Notes: generated by a model from the letters alone, not told the origin. 64,000 bases of DNA from an uncultured Methanosarcinales archaeon (GCA_963843555.1 CAWJKV010000015.1:41353-105352); one strand, 5' to 3'. Positions 9,685 through 21,000 are shown, numbered from the stretch's first letter. Numbers and translations: made by a program.

Positions 9685-10014
9685 ATTAAACATGCTGAGT
9701 CACCAGAAATTGAAAAGTTTGACGACATAATCTCGGAGCTCGAAAAGAGAGGCGTTGCGGTGCTGATGCATCGTCCTACGCGCTGGGGCTATGTCGTAGA
9801 TGCTGTAATCCCTTCGGCAAAGATCGTAATTCTAAAGATGCCGGATCTGACCAAGCAGGTCAAAGTGGCCATGAGCCAGTTCAGGGATCTTATAAATAGA
9901 CTGGAGAGTGATGGATACCAGGTAATCGTAATTCCCAAGAACATCATGAACCAGGAGCAGATCAAAGCCTTCTGTGATAAGATCTCTGTTGAGCCTGCTC
10001 TTGCAGCAGCCTGA
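9685..10014 (+). CDS. Hypothetical protein, degenerate DUF559/Vsr-like fold (possible ATT start; GTG 9760 is the alternative)
   Basis: The frame stays open upstream of GTG 9760 to an ATT 7 nt after GGAGG; GYVVDAVIPSAKIVI...LESDGYQVIVI pattern. Confidence 0.55.
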   Translation: MKHAESPEIEKFDDIISELEKRGVAVLMHRPTRWGYVVDAVIPSAKIVILKMPDLTKQVKVAMSQFRDLINRLESDGYQVIVIPKNIMNQEQIKAFCDKISVEPALAAA

Positions 10015-10276
10015 TGGAATCGAGGATTTATGCAACTGGAACCGGCGAGAAGAATTCCCGGGTCCGTTACTTTTCTATTTTGTATAATAAAACTTCAAAG
10101 GCATAATTTTCAAAGGTTTCACATCCCCCCTCCTATCCACCTGCTTCAATTATATTATCGGGACTCCTAACCAGGATTTTCAAGCGTCAGGATCATATAA
10201 ATAGAGCACGAAGCCGCCCGGGAGACAGTCAATTCCCGTTCACGCTGTTAAGTCGACTGATCAATGAGGTGAAGAT

Positions 10277-10973
10277 ATGAAAAATTTAACACCATTTCTG
10301 GTTTGCATCGCTTTCTTGATGGCGATGACTGCATCGGTTTCAAGCGCTTCCGCCGTATGTTCGACCTGCGCCCAAGAAGGGGATTGGAGCCAAAGTGCAA
10401 GCAGCTTTCTTGAAGGCAAGCCCTTGAGCGATGAGCCCCAGGAATACGGTCCAAAGGCAGTTCGCAAGACCACATCCCAGTTTGAGAATGAGTCCAAGGC
10501 CGCCCAGGAGGCCCCCAGCAGCGATGCGAATGCTGCCGCAACTGCGGCTGTGGATGCCAGCGCAGCAAATGTCGCCATCAATCTTAAGAGCATTAATGCC
10601 AGTCCGAGTTCTGTGAACTCAGGAAGTCCTGTTAAGATCACTGCCATCTTTTCAGTGGGCAGTCCAGTGCAACCGGAGAACCAGACGGAGATTGCCAATA
10701 ACGCCTCAACTTCCTTGGATGACGAGCCTGCTGACAGCAAGCGCCGCCGTCAAGGATTCGACAGGCAAAGATGTTGGAAATGTTAACCTGCTAAAATTTG
10801 CAGGAAATGAGTATTTCGGATACTGGAATGCTCAAGTCCCCGCTGGCGTATACAATGTAAATGTATTTGCCTCGTCCCCACAAGGATCAGAAACCTTCAA
10901 TAATGCCCTGCAAATAAGCGTTGTCGCATCCGGCAATGTGTCCGGCACTCCTGCTGTCAAGAATCTGGAGTGA
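10277..10973 (+). CDS. Secreted hypothetical protein with Ig-like C-terminus (one frameshift near 10720)
   Basis: GAGGTGA RBS, signal peptide, CSTC motif; coding continues in ORF 10692..10973 (TASAAVKDSTGKDVG...AGVYNVNV). Confidence 0.7.
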
Positions 10974-11100
10974 GATCAGTCCGGCAACTGCTGGCCCGAT
11001 CTCCGTTCTTTTTTATTTCCTGGGGCGAAATCCCAATTGTTTTTGTGTCGGCTGGAATTATTTAGCAATTCCATATCGAGATCCCACAAGCCGTTAATGG

Positions 11101-11808
11101 CTAAAGGAGCTCAGACAGCAACCGCCTTCTAAGTCCCTCAGTCTCTTTGAGGAAGAACCTGGAACGAAGCTTTCCCCGTACTTTTGCGCGTGTGTAGACC
11201 AGCATCTCATTCTCCATTTGCACCTTCTGCAGGCCCTCCAACTCATCTTTTTCGGCAAGAGACAGCTCGATCTCGCCAACTTTTCCTGCCGTCCAGTCGA
11301 AGACCCGGGCCTTGTAGATGGTTCGGATATGCTTTTGGCGGCCCCTGGACCAATCCTTTTCCGACACCAGAACTGCGGCATACTCTACAGGGCCAATAAA
11401 TTCCCGGCACTTTTCATCCGGCTGGCAGAGCCCGAGGTCTGATATGCCAAGATCCGGGTAGCCTCTGCTTTGCATCTGCATAGTTTTGCATTTGGGGCAG
11501 TGCATCATCCCAAACCACTCAGTGAAGATCCGCTCTTCAACGGCGACGGCATCCGACCAGAGCGACTTCGCCTCGGCGCTGCCCCAGCCCAATTGACCCA
11601 GGAATGAGGCCAGGATCGCCGCCCTCCTGTATCTGCCCTTCTCGCCTGCGGCTTTCCCAATTATATTCTTGATGCAGGGTGGAAAGGCAGCAGGCAAGGC
11701 TGGATCCATTGCCACCCACAGCGTCTCCTGACAAGGCTCGATCTCAAGGAGTGATATGGGAAGCTCCTTTCCTACTGCGGGCAACAGGCGGTCTCCTCTG
11801 GAGGGCAT
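11101..11808 (-). CDS. Stand-alone PriL C-terminal (Fe-S)-like domain protein with C-terminal extension
   Basis: FPPCIKNI...RRAAILASFLGQLGW...CPKC...LGLCQPDEKC...GPVEY resembles the primase large subunit CTD. Confidence 0.65.
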   Translation of the reverse strand: MPSRGDRLLPAVGKELPISLLEIEPCQETLWVAMDPALPAAFPPCIKNIIGKAAGEKGRYRRAAILASFLGQLGWGSAEAKSLWSDAVAVEERIFTEWFGMMHCPKCKTMQMQSRGYPDLGISDLGLCQPDEKCREFIGPVEYAAVLVSEKDWSRGRQKHIRTIYKARVFDWTAGKVGEIELSLAEKDELEGLQKVQMENEMLVYTRAKVRGKLRSRFFLKETEGLRRRLLSELL

Positions 11809-13329
11809 CTACGCTCTTTTGTGCCCTCCCACAAAATAAGCCTGCGTGTCCTTCTCCGGATGCGCTTGCTGAGGCACGGCAGCGCCCCCTTTCTGGGTCT
11901 CGAAATCCATTCTGTTCTTGAGGATGCATCGACCTTTGCGCAGCCCGCCCAGAGGATTTTTAGGTGTGCCCATGGAGTTCATGCAGCGTGCCATCACGGC
12001 AGCCCCCCTGGCCAGTCCATCGTCCACGAAGACTACATTCGTCTCCGGCAGGTCATAGAGCCCGAGCTTCTCGATTTCCTCCAGGATCAAACGGGGCTTA
12101 TTGCCGCTGATTCCGGCTCGACCGGTGACGCCGATGGCAGTATTTCCTGTGACAATGCCCTCATCGATTCCCACCTGCACCAGCCGGCGCGCCACACTGG
12201 CCATGACCAGGTCCAGAGTGCCAAAAAGGATCTTCAAATTCTTGGTTTTATGGATATCAGCGCCAATCTCGGATAGCTTTTCCAGGTCGCTTCCGTTTAC
12301 ACCCACATCGCAGCCTATGAGGACGACGTTGTTCAGGGCCGCAGCCTGCGGGCTCACGGGCACAAGGCCGTATTTATTGCGACTTTGAGGCACCTTCTCT
12401 ATTACTACTAATTCCTCAATCAGATCCGCGAAGGCTCGAGCCTCTTTGCCGTACTCTGGCTTCATCCTGGCGTCAAAGATGTCCAGCGTTGCCCCAGTTT
12501 TCTTGTCTACCAGCCCAGTGCCCTGCACCACAGCATCGGGGATGGCTCCCGCCAGGCCAAGCAGATTTCCGATGGTGTGGGCATAGGGCAGCTCTTCGCT
12601 CGTCACCCTGCCGTCCAGTGTAGTGCCGAAGTCCATAGAGAGGCAGGGGTTGCGAAAGTCCACATCTGTCCAGCGGCTCCCTTCCTTAATGCCGGCTGTG
12701 GCCAGCTCGCCTTCCATCTCATTGGCCACGACTTCTACACCTGTAGACCCCTGCGGTGGGAAGCATGAGGCTACTGCCCCCATGAAGGTCACCTTTTCAA
12801 TCATGGTGTAGCTCTTGAACTTATCGAGTATATTGTGGATGCTCATGGCCGGGGTCATGAGCCGGGGCGGAACACCTGCATCAAGGCAGCCTTTCGCCAG
12901 GGCCTGGATGAAAGCGCCCACCTGTTCCGGTGAATCCAGCTCAGCCACGACGCCGGTGGAGCGCACCACGAAGTTCAGATCGGTCTTGATATCCAGTCGG
13001 GCCTTTTCATGGCTCTCGATAAGAGTGTTTTTCACCAGTTCCGCAATGGATTCTTCGGTTAGGGGCGTGCCGTTGATGGTATGAGCGAAGACCTCTTCAC
13101 CTGGTTTTGGCAGCCTCACGTCTCTGGTCATCTTCACAGTTTTGTCGACGATGTAGGTCTTGCCTGTAATCAGGTCAGTAGCGGTTAGAATGCATTTGGT
13201 AGTAGTATTGCCCACCTCGACCGAGGCCACGATGTAGTAGGGCTTGGTCCGAAGATCCAGGTAGTTGACAGGCGGGCTTTCTGCAATGCGGGGTGTGGGT
13301 TTGGACTTGAAGAGGCGACCAAGGTTCAT
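11809..13329 (-). CDS. Methanogenesis marker protein 14 (DUF2114)
   Basis: YYIVASVEVGNTTTKCILTAT, FVVRSTGV, ANEMEGELATAGIK, DFGTTLDGR, FVDDGLARGAAVMARCMNS. Confidence 0.93.
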   Translation of the reverse strand: MNLGRLFKSKPTPRIAESPPVNYLDLRTKPYYIVASVEVGNTTTKCILTATDLITGKTYIVDKTVKMTRDVRLPKPGEEVFAHTINGTPLTEESIAELVKNTLIESHEKARLDIKTDLNFVVRSTGVVAELDSPEQVGAFIQALAKGCLDAGVPPRLMTPAMSIHNILDKFKSYTMIEKVTFMGAVASCFPPQGSTGVEVVANEMEGELATAGIKEGSRWTDVDFRNPCLSMDFGTTLDGRVTSEELPYAHTIGNLLGLAGAIPDAVVQGTGLVDKKTGATLDIFDARMKPEYGKEARAFADLIEELVVIEKVPQSRNKYGLVPVSPQAAALNNVVLIGCDVGVNGSDLEKLSEIGADIHKTKNLKILFGTLDLVMASVARRLVQVGIDEGIVTGNTAIGVTGRAGISGNKPRLILEEIEKLGLYDLPETNVVFVDDGLARGAAVMARCMNSMGTPKNPLGGLRKGRCILKNRMDFETQKGGAAVPQQAHPEKDTQAYFVGGHKRA

Positions 13330-13434
13330 GGCTCAGGGAAGTGGTCAGGGAGACATTAAGGCTTTGGGTGGACGGGCAAGCTGCGGACTATGTCGAAGCC
13401 TCATTGAACTTTATCCAAGGCATATTTATTCTCT

Positions 13435-13734
13435 TTAATATAGGTTCCTGAATTTCCTCTCCAGGGGGTCGGTCAAGACTTGCATATCCTCCGTCATTGG
13501 TTTTTCTGTAGGGAATATTTTTCCGGCCAGTTCCAGATCGTCATACCTAATATCAGCCAATAACAGATCCGGAGGCGTTGTAAAATTCAGCTTCGATGAA
13601 TTATTGAACCAATCATCAACTGAGCTGGAGTTATTGAGCAGCGTATCATTTATGCTTGAGTTGTTGATTGAAGTAGTATTTATTGATGCATTATTCGATG
13701 CTAATAGGATGAATATTGCGATAAATTTTAACAT
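13435..13734 (-). CDS. Small secreted Asn/Ser-rich hypothetical protein
   Basis: Hydrophobic N-terminus and repeated N-x-S/T sequons. Confidence 0.55.
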   Translation of the reverse strand: MLKFIAIFILLASNNASINTTSINNSSINDTLLNNSSSVDDWFNNSSKLNFTTPPDLLLADIRYDDLELAGKIFPTEKPMTEDMQVLTDPLERKFRNLY

Positions 13735-13934
13735 GATGATCTGATACCCCCCAGACTTTTTAAAACCTATTAATGACTGAATTCACAGAACTGCAAACCC
13801 AGTAATCTAATTCTCGTCTCCTGCATTTAATAGTTTATGATCCAACATTTCGGGTTAACTGGATTCTGCCATCAAGATCAAAAAGACCACAAAGCCGATA
13901 TACCTCCTTATCTTAGCGCATAGCGAAAGGCGAG

Positions 13935-15622
13935 ATGAAAATGCTTATTGGAATTGATGTGGGCGGCACCACCACCGATGCCGTTGTCGTGGACGGCAAT
14001 AAGGTGGTCAAGACCGCATATGTGCCAACAGATCACGATAACCTGTTGAAGTGCCTGCTTGGGGCAATGGATGAGCTGGTGCAGGGCATCGATACCGGCA
14101 AGATCGAGCGAGTGGTCCTGAGCACTACACTGATTACTAATATGATCGCTGAGGGCAAGACCGATCCCGTGGCTTTGGTGCTCATACCGGGGCCCGGAAC
14201 CAATCCCAAGGACTACGCGCTGGGCGAGAGCATCATCTTAGACGGTGCTATCGATTTCCGGGGCAAAGAGATCGATCGGCTCAATGAGCCCCAGATCAAA
14301 GAGGCCGCCTCCAAGATCCGGGCCCAGGGCCTCTCCCGCGTGGCCGTGGTAGGAAAGTTCTGCCAGAGAAATCATGCCCACGAGCTGAAGGTCGCCGAGA
14401 TATTGGCCTCTGCTCTGCCAGGTAGCAAGATCGAGCTGGGCCACAAAGTCTCCGGCCAGCTCAACTTCCCCCGCCGGGCAGCGACAACCATGCTCACGGC
14501 CGCCACCAAAGACAGCTATGAGCGGTTTGCCAAAGATGTGGCCAGAGCTCTGAAAGAGCGCAAGATCTCGGCACCGGTCTACATCCTCAAGGCGGACGGC
14601 GGCACTCTGCCCCTGGACAAATCGGTGCAGATGCCTGTAGAGACCATCTTCTCCGGGCCTGCTGCCAGCATCATGGGCGTTTTGGCGCTGACGCAGCCGG
14701 GCCAGAGCTGTGTGGTCGTGGACATCGGCGGCACCACCACCGACCTGGCGCTCATCCTCTCCGGCAAGCCCCTGCTCTCCGCCAAAGGGGCGAAGGTGGG
14801 CTCTCTTCTCACCCACGTGCGGGCTTTTGCCGTCAAGTCGATAGCCATCGGCGGCGACAGCGCCGTTGCCGTTTCCGGCCAGGGCTGCGGCGGCAGCCTC
14901 CGTCGGGCCGCACCGGGATGGCCCGCCGCTTTGCATGGGCGGAAATGGGCCCACGCCCACCGATGCCCTGCGAGTTTTGGGACTGTCGAGCATCGGCGAC
15001 GCCGCAAAGGCTGAGAAGGCCATGCAGATCGTGGCCGACAGGCCTGGGCTGCACTGCCAAGGAGGCGGCCCAAAAGGTCGTCGATGCCGTGGTGGACAAG
15101 ATCGTCTTTGAGGTCAATGAGATGTTCCGGGAATGGGAGCAGGAGCCCGCTTATCGCATCTGGGAGATCATGAAAAGAGAGTTGCTTTCTGCCCAGAGCG
15201 TGGTCGGCGTGGGCGGAGGCGCGCCTCCCCTCGTGCCGCTGGTGGCCGCCCGCCTGGGCGCAGCAGCCATTGTGCCCGAATATGCGCCCGTGGCCAATGC
15301 CATCGGGGCCGCCGTGGCCCGGCCCACCTTAACCCTGAACCTGCACATCGACACTGAGAAAGGTGAGTTTAGCGTGGCCGAAGAAGGCCTCACGGGCCGG
15401 GTGACAGACCAAAAGATGACGCCTGAGGATGCAGAGCGGCTGGCCAAACGGCTTTTGGCCGAGCGGGCAGCGCGCCTGGGCATAGGCGAGTATGCCGGCG
15501 AGGCCGAGGTTACTTACAGCGAGGTTTTCAATATGATTCGAGGCTGGTCAACCGTGGGAAGGCTGATGGACGTGCGAATGGAAATTCCAGCAGGTCTTCT
15601 ACCATCCTGGGGGAGGTGCTGA
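13935..15622 (+). CDS. Hydantoinase/oxoprolinase family protein (frameshifts near 14880 and 15040, probably sequencing errors)
   Basis: GIDVGGTTTDAV, ETIFSGPAAS, DIGGTTTD, GPTPTDAL and VANAIGAAVARPT across three overlapping ORFs. Confidence 0.88.
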
Positions 15623-15623
15623 A

Positions 15624-16990
15624 ATGTCCTCCAAAGGCAAGACCGGCAAGACGGGCCTCATATTCTTCCCCGCCTTCGACTGGGCCATCTCGCCCACTCA
15701 CCCGGAGCGAGAGGAGCGGCTGCTCTACACCCGCGACCAGATCTTCGAGGAGGGGCTGATGGACCTCCCCGCAATCGAGGAGTACAAGCCCCGCCTGGCC
15801 GAGAAAAAGGACGTCGCTCGCGCCCATTTCTGCGTTCCCGATGTGGAGAGCCAGGTGACAGAGGCTCATCTCATCGCCGCCGGCAGCACCCTGACCCTGG
15901 CTGATGCCCTGGAGAAGGGCGAGATTCGAAACGGCTTTGCGCTGGTGCGCCCGCCCGGCCACCACAGCATGCGTGTGGTGCACGGCAACCGCGGCTTTTG
16001 CAATATCAACAACATGGCCATCCTGGTCGAGTACCTGAGGACGCAAGTACGGCCACAAGAGGATCGCCGTCATCGATACCGATGTGCACCACGGCGACGG
16101 AACCCAGGATATATTCTGGCACGACCCGGATGTGCTCTGCCTATCCTTCCACCAGGACGGCCACACCCTCTATCCGGGCTCGGGCTTCGTCAATGAGATG
16201 GGCGGACCGCAGGCGCTGGCCCGAACGCTGAACGTCCCCCTGCCGCCCGGCACCACGGACGAGGGCATTCACTACGTTCTGGACAATCTCATCCTGCCCA
16301 TCCTCGAATGAGTTCAAGCCCGATTTGATCCTGAACTCGGCCGGCCAGGACAACCACTACACTGATCCGCTGGCCAATATGCGCTTCTCAGCCAACGGCT
16401 ACGCCCGGCTCAATGAAAAGCTGGCTCCCGACCTGTGCGTCCTGGAGGGAGGCTACGCCGTGGAGACGGCTCTGCCCTATGTGAACACGGGCATCATCCA
16501 GGCCATGGCCGGCCTTGATTACTCGCATGTCAAGGAGCCGGACTATGTGCCCGGTCGCTTCGTGCAGACGGAGGGAATGGTGCGGGAGATCGAGCACACG
16601 GTAGCGCAGGTGCAGAAGATCTGGGACCAGAGGGACGAACTGGTAGAAGAGGCGCTGGAGAGCCTGGGCGACTTCTACCGCCGGAAGAGGCGCGTCTTCT
16701 ACGACACGGACATGATCAACGAGAACCAGGAAGAGGTAGTTCGCCTCTGCCCGGACTGCGCCGGCTACATGACCATTCTTACCTCCGCCCAGCGCGGTTA
16801 CGGCATTTTGAACAGCGCCTTTTGCGTCTCCATTCCCCGCGGCGTTTGCTCCTCCTGCCGGGATGACGCCAAAGAGGAGTATGCAGAGCATGTGGACGAC
16901 AGAAGGATCGGTTATGTCTTGATGCAGGACAAGGACAAAGACAAGTTCAAGTTCTACAACAACATGACCCGGACGGAGAGGGGTTACTGA
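15624..16990 (+). CDS. Histone deacetylase family protein with Cys-rich C-terminus (frameshifts near 16055 and 16308)
   Basis: HPEREERL, RPPGHH, GFC, DTDVHHGDGTQ, SAGQDNH..DPL, LEGGY, then CPDC...CSSC. Confidence 0.88.
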
Positions 16991-17075
16991 GGCCAGAGGC
17001 TCCAGTGATCGGACCCTCCGGCCACCCAAGCTCTTTTATTCTTGCAGTTTTTGTTTTAATGCTATCACTACTGAT

Positions 17076-17688
17076 ATGACCGATAGAGCCGGTGAGCTGG
17101 AAGCTGCGGCGTCGTTGATAGATAACGAGTCCCTGGATACAGCCAAAGCTGCAATCATCATAGTCTGTCAGGAATATCTCTGCTGGGCAGATCTTTTCAT
17201 CCGGAGACTGGAGACAGTCGAGCCCGACCAGCTGCACAAGTTCGGACGGGCTCTGGCTCTCACCATGCTCGGCCATCTGCCCACCCGGCCTGGAACATGC
17301 CCTTTTTGCATCCAGTACGGAAAAAGTCAGAGCTGTCAGGGCTGCGGCTATGCAGCAACGCATGGCCGCTGCGATGCAGATGATTCCTCATTCAGCCTTT
17401 TTATCGAGGCCTTCCAGGATCTGGGAAGGGCCATCTACCAGGATACGGGCCAGTTAAGCTGCCCTCCGGATGATGCCAGGAGACGTCTCAATGAAATCCA
17501 TTCAGGCCTCACGCGGTCTGGCCAGGAAGATGATGGAGGATCTGCCCTCCACCTCTGCTTTGATGCTGATGGAGCGAAAGGCCTGGTACCTTGATCAGAT
17601 GATCAGGCTCCTTCCTCTGGAACTACTAGATCAAGAGGTCACTGAGAGATGCCGTCAGGTGCAAAAGGAGCTCTCGAATTACTGGTAG
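17076..17688 (+). CDS. Hypothetical Cys-cluster protein (frameshift near 17490)
   Basis: CPFCIQY..CQGCGY...HGRC; continues in ORF 17470..17688. Confidence 0.6.
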
Positions 17689-17801
17689 ACCGATGTGAAA
17701 AGCAGGCTCATAAGAATTTATGAAATCGATATGACCTCTGAGCATGATCATAAAAAACGCCGGAAGGTCGCAAGAGACTTTGGCCCGTAAGAAAAAGCCA
17801 A

Positions 17802-18896
17802 TCACGTCAGATGCTTCTTCAGCACATCCAAATAGAGCTTCTGCACATTCTCCCGGGTCTTGGTCATCTCCGGGAATCCACTATATTTCATGGCCTTCTC
17901 TGCATCTTCGGGGAGATTGAGCTTGTACTGGCTGCGGGAGAGGAACCAGCCCTGTTTGGCATAATAGCGGGAGAGGTACTCCTGCTCTGTCTGGCCGGGA
18001 GTGGGAGTGAAAAGCCCATGCTTCTTATCCAGCTCCACCATCTCCATCATAGTGGTATAACCGGATCTTGTGATCAGGAACCGGGCCCGGTTCATAAGCT
18101 CCACCTTTTCGTCCGTGGAGAGGTAGGAGTGCACAGCGGTATGCTCATCCAGTTTCCTGTGCGATTCTTTTTGCGGGCTACCCAGGAGGACGACCTTCTC
18201 TCCGGGCAACTTCGTCACCTGCTTGAGAATGATCTCCTCGAGCTTGGTCCTCTGCGGCTCAGGGCCGGATACTATTATCAGGTAATCCAGGTCTTCGTCC
18301 ATCTTCATCTTCTTGGTGCTGGTCAGGATTCCGGCGAAGTACGCCCTTTTGTTGGTAGCATCCAGGTTGGAGCGGCAAAGCTTGCCGCTGAGGTTGAGGC
18401 AGCCGCCATTGGGATCGATGTCTGGCACGATTACTCCGTCATATTTGGTGTGGAAGAAGCCATTGAGGGGAAGGGTCAGCAATTCAAAAGGATAAAGATA
18501 GTCCGGCAGGCTGAAGCGAAGCTGGTGGGTGATGAAATAGCTGGGAATCCTGTTGGAGTAGACTCCCATGCGGTTATCGCTTATGATCAGGTCATACTTA
18601 TTCTCGGATAAGATCTGGGCCAGCTTTTTTCTCTCCCTGGCCACGGCCCGGAGGAGGATGGGAATGCTGGCCGTAAACTTGGGCAAGAAGAATTGTGAAG
18701 CACTGTAGGGCGCAGGATAGTCCTTGAAGAGTATAAAGTTGCATTCCGGGCATTCTCTCTTGAGAAGAGCCAGGGCATTGCCACTGGTGCCTACCGTCAC
18801 CTCATGGCCGCGTCTTATGAGCTCCTCGATGATGGGAATGTCGCGAGTGGAGTGGCCCAAACCCCAGTTTAGAGGGCTCAAAAATACTTTCCCCAT
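17802..18896 (-). CDS. Glycosyltransferase, GT-B fold (family 28-like)
   Basis: LNWGLGHSTRDIP, DLIISDNR, SGPEPQRT, RSGYTTMME, PTPGQTEQ. Confidence 0.9.
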   Translation of the reverse strand: MGKVFLSPLNWGLGHSTRDIPIIEELIRRGHEVTVGTSGNALALLKRECPECNFILFKDYPAPYSASQFFLPKFTASIPILLRAVARERKKLAQILSENKYDLIISDNRMGVYSNRIPSYFITHQLRFSLPDYLYPFELLTLPLNGFFHTKYDGVIVPDIDPNGGCLNLSGKLCRSNLDATNKRAYFAGILTSTKKMKMDEDLDYLIIVSGPEPQRTKLEEIILKQVTKLPGEKVVLLGSPQKESHRKLDEHTAVHSYLSTDEKVELMNRARFLITRSGYTTMMEMVELDKKHGLFTPTPGQTEQEYLSRYYAKQGWFLSRSQYKLNLPEDAEKAMKYSGFPEMTKTRENVQKLYLDVLKKHLT

Positions 18897-18982
18897 TGTG
18901 CGGAAGAGGAGCAGGCTGATGGTATAAAACATTTTCTCGGACGGAAAAGGGATAAATACGAATCACATGCAGCTATGATTCC

Positions 18983-19228
18983 GTGTATGAACAGATAGAA
19001 AAGGCCCTGAAAGAGATTGATGCCAAAAATATTCCAGATCAGGAGAAGATGAGAGCCATTCTCAAGAGATATGTGATGGGAGATATCGGCTTGGACGAGG
19101 CTTACTACAATCTACTGGAGGAGGAGCTCATTCCCATGCCCCAGAGGTGCGCCCTGTCCACCAAGATACCTCACACGGCAGAAGATGAGATGAGGCTCAA
19201 AGAGGAGATAAGAAGCAAGCTCCTCTAA
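18983..19228 (+). CDS. Hypothetical protein (81 aa)
   Basis: Charged helical ORF after a TATA-like ATAAATA; normal codon usage. Confidence 0.65.
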   Translation: MYEQIEKALKEIDAKNIPDQEKMRAILKRYVMGDIGLDEAYYNLLEEELIPMPQRCALSTKIPHTAEDEMRLKEEIRSKLL

Positions 19229-19294
19229 GAGCCAGCCGCTCGCAGGTCCTCTCGGTATCTATCTTCGGGGGGAAAGTGGATTAAGCGGAAGGGA

Positions 19295-19525
19295 GTGCAT
19301 CTTTTCGGAGAAGAAAAAGCAGGCGACCTGGCAGTGGCAGTGGTGAGCACAATGGTGGAAAAGAGCGATGCAATGAGGCAGCATGAGAAATGGATAGAAG
19401 AGACCATGAAGCGCAAACCCAAGCATAAGAGAGAAGGGTTGCCGATTCAACCCTGGCATGCACTCGTCTTCATGGGGGTGTTATTCGTCCTGATGGTATT
19501 GATTGGAGAATTGATCCATAGATAA
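19295..19525 (+). CDS. Small protein with a C-terminal transmembrane helix
   Basis: PWHALVFMGVLFVLMVLIG hydrophobic segment; start uncertain. Confidence 0.5.
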   Translation: MHLFGEEKAGDLAVAVVSTMVEKSDAMRQHEKWIEETMKRKPKHKREGLPIQPWHALVFMGVLFVLMVLIGELIHR

Positions 19526-19649
19526 CACGGCCAACCCATATTCTTGATAATAGGACCAATCTCCAATTTTTAAAAAACGGAGAAATAGTCTTCTCATAGC
19601 CAACATTGCATCAACAAAGAGATATAGTCAGTATGTATCATCCTGGATC

Positions 19650-20295
19650 ATGAGCATCGCGGGCCGCACGAGTCCTATAGAACTGAGGGATCTATTCATA
19701 TCGCTGGTAGCGCTGGTTATAGCCTTCTCCTTGCTGGTACGAGCGAAGAATGCCGGGACTTGAGACGATTTTGATTACGGCATTGGCCGTGAGCACCGGG
19801 TTCCTGTTGCATGAGATGGCTCACAAATTCGTGGCCTTGCGCTTTGGCTATTGGGCAGAGTACAGAGCCAACATGATGGGATTGGGGCTGGCTATCGTCA
19901 TGGCCCTCGGCGGCTTCCTCTTTGCAGCTCCTGGAGCTGTCATGATAAACAAATCCAACGCCACCCAGGAGTTCTATATGCAGGACACCTTCGGCCAGGA
20001 GGAGCAAAAGAGCCGGATTACGAGGGAAATGCTGTTGATTTCCCTGGCCGGGCCCATGACCAACATCGTACTTGCGGTATTTTTCTTTCTGCTGTTTTTG
20101 GTCGGCGAGGCAGGCAGCGATCTATGGGCCCGGGCAGCCTACTTCGCCTTCTTCATAAATCTCATTCTGGCAGCCTTCAATATGCTGCCCTTCGGACCCC
20201 TGGACGGCAAGAAGATCTTCGATGGCAATAGAGTGGTATGGGCGCTGGTAGGCTTTCCCACGATTCTGGTGGGGCTGCTGGTTTATATGGGATAG
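19650..20295 (+). CDS. Site-2 protease / peptidase M50 (frameshift near 19740)
   Basis: HEMAH, AGPMTN, FNMLPFGPLDG; upstream in another frame is the family-typical N-terminus MSIAGRTSPIELRDLFISL from ATG 19650. Confidence 0.88.
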
Positions 20296-20407
20296 ATATG
20301 GAGAGAAAAACGCAAATCCGACTGCACAACTGAGCCGATCCTGAAGCAGGACCACCTATGGCTGGAGGAGAACAGCCTTATATCATCGATACATAAATTT
20401 TCTTAAG

Positions 20408-20890
20408 ATGAAGAGGTTAATCGCCCATATCTCGGGAAGGGTCCAGGGAGTAGGATACAGGTCGATGGTAGTGATGTTGGCCAGGACCCTGGGCATCAAA
20501 GGATATGTCCAGAACCTCCCCAATGGCAAAGTCTTCATTATTGCCGAGGGGCCCAAGGAGGACCTGGCGAGATTTGTCAAGTCCATCAGGATCGATAACT
20601 CCAGGATTATGGTGGATGACATCTTTATTGATTGCAAAGATGCGAAGAAAGAATTTGATGGTTTTTATAAAATAAATTCAAAGCAACTGAAAGAGGCACT
20701 GCCTGATATTGCTCCCCAAAGCCGGAAAGGACGATTTACGAAAGCAAACGGCAGATATCTGCCAGCATCCTCCGGGCTGGAAAAGATCGGCTTTGAAACA
20801 GAAAAAGTTAATTATAAGCTGGAAAAGATGGTCAAAAGCCAGGAGGAGCTGAAGGAAGAGATAGAGTCGAGTTGTGATTCAGGGAAATAG
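20408..20890 (+). CDS. acyP: Acylphosphatase with C-terminal extension
   Basis: SGRVQGVGYR, GIKGYVQNLPNGKV..IAEG. Confidence 0.85.
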   Translation: MKRLIAHISGRVQGVGYRSMVVMLARTLGIKGYVQNLPNGKVFIIAEGPKEDLARFVKSIRIDNSRIMVDDIFIDCKDAKKEFDGFYKINSKQLKEALPDIAPQSRKGRFTKANGRYLPASSGLEKIGFETEKVNYKLEKMVKSQEELKEEIESSCDSGK

Positions 20891-21000
20891 TCTGGCCGAA
20901 AAACGAGAACAACAGGATAAAGGCTCTACAAGAGGCTTCGGCAATCTCGGGGGATCAGCTATATTTATTTCCTGACTCAAAGGGAAAGAATGGACGTGAA

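Noticed and set aside
13935..17688. Programmed frameshifting or true pseudogenes in the hydantoinase/deacetylase region
   Set aside because: The shifts are not at obvious slippery sites, motifs are otherwise intact and similar indels occur across the window, which points to sequencing error.
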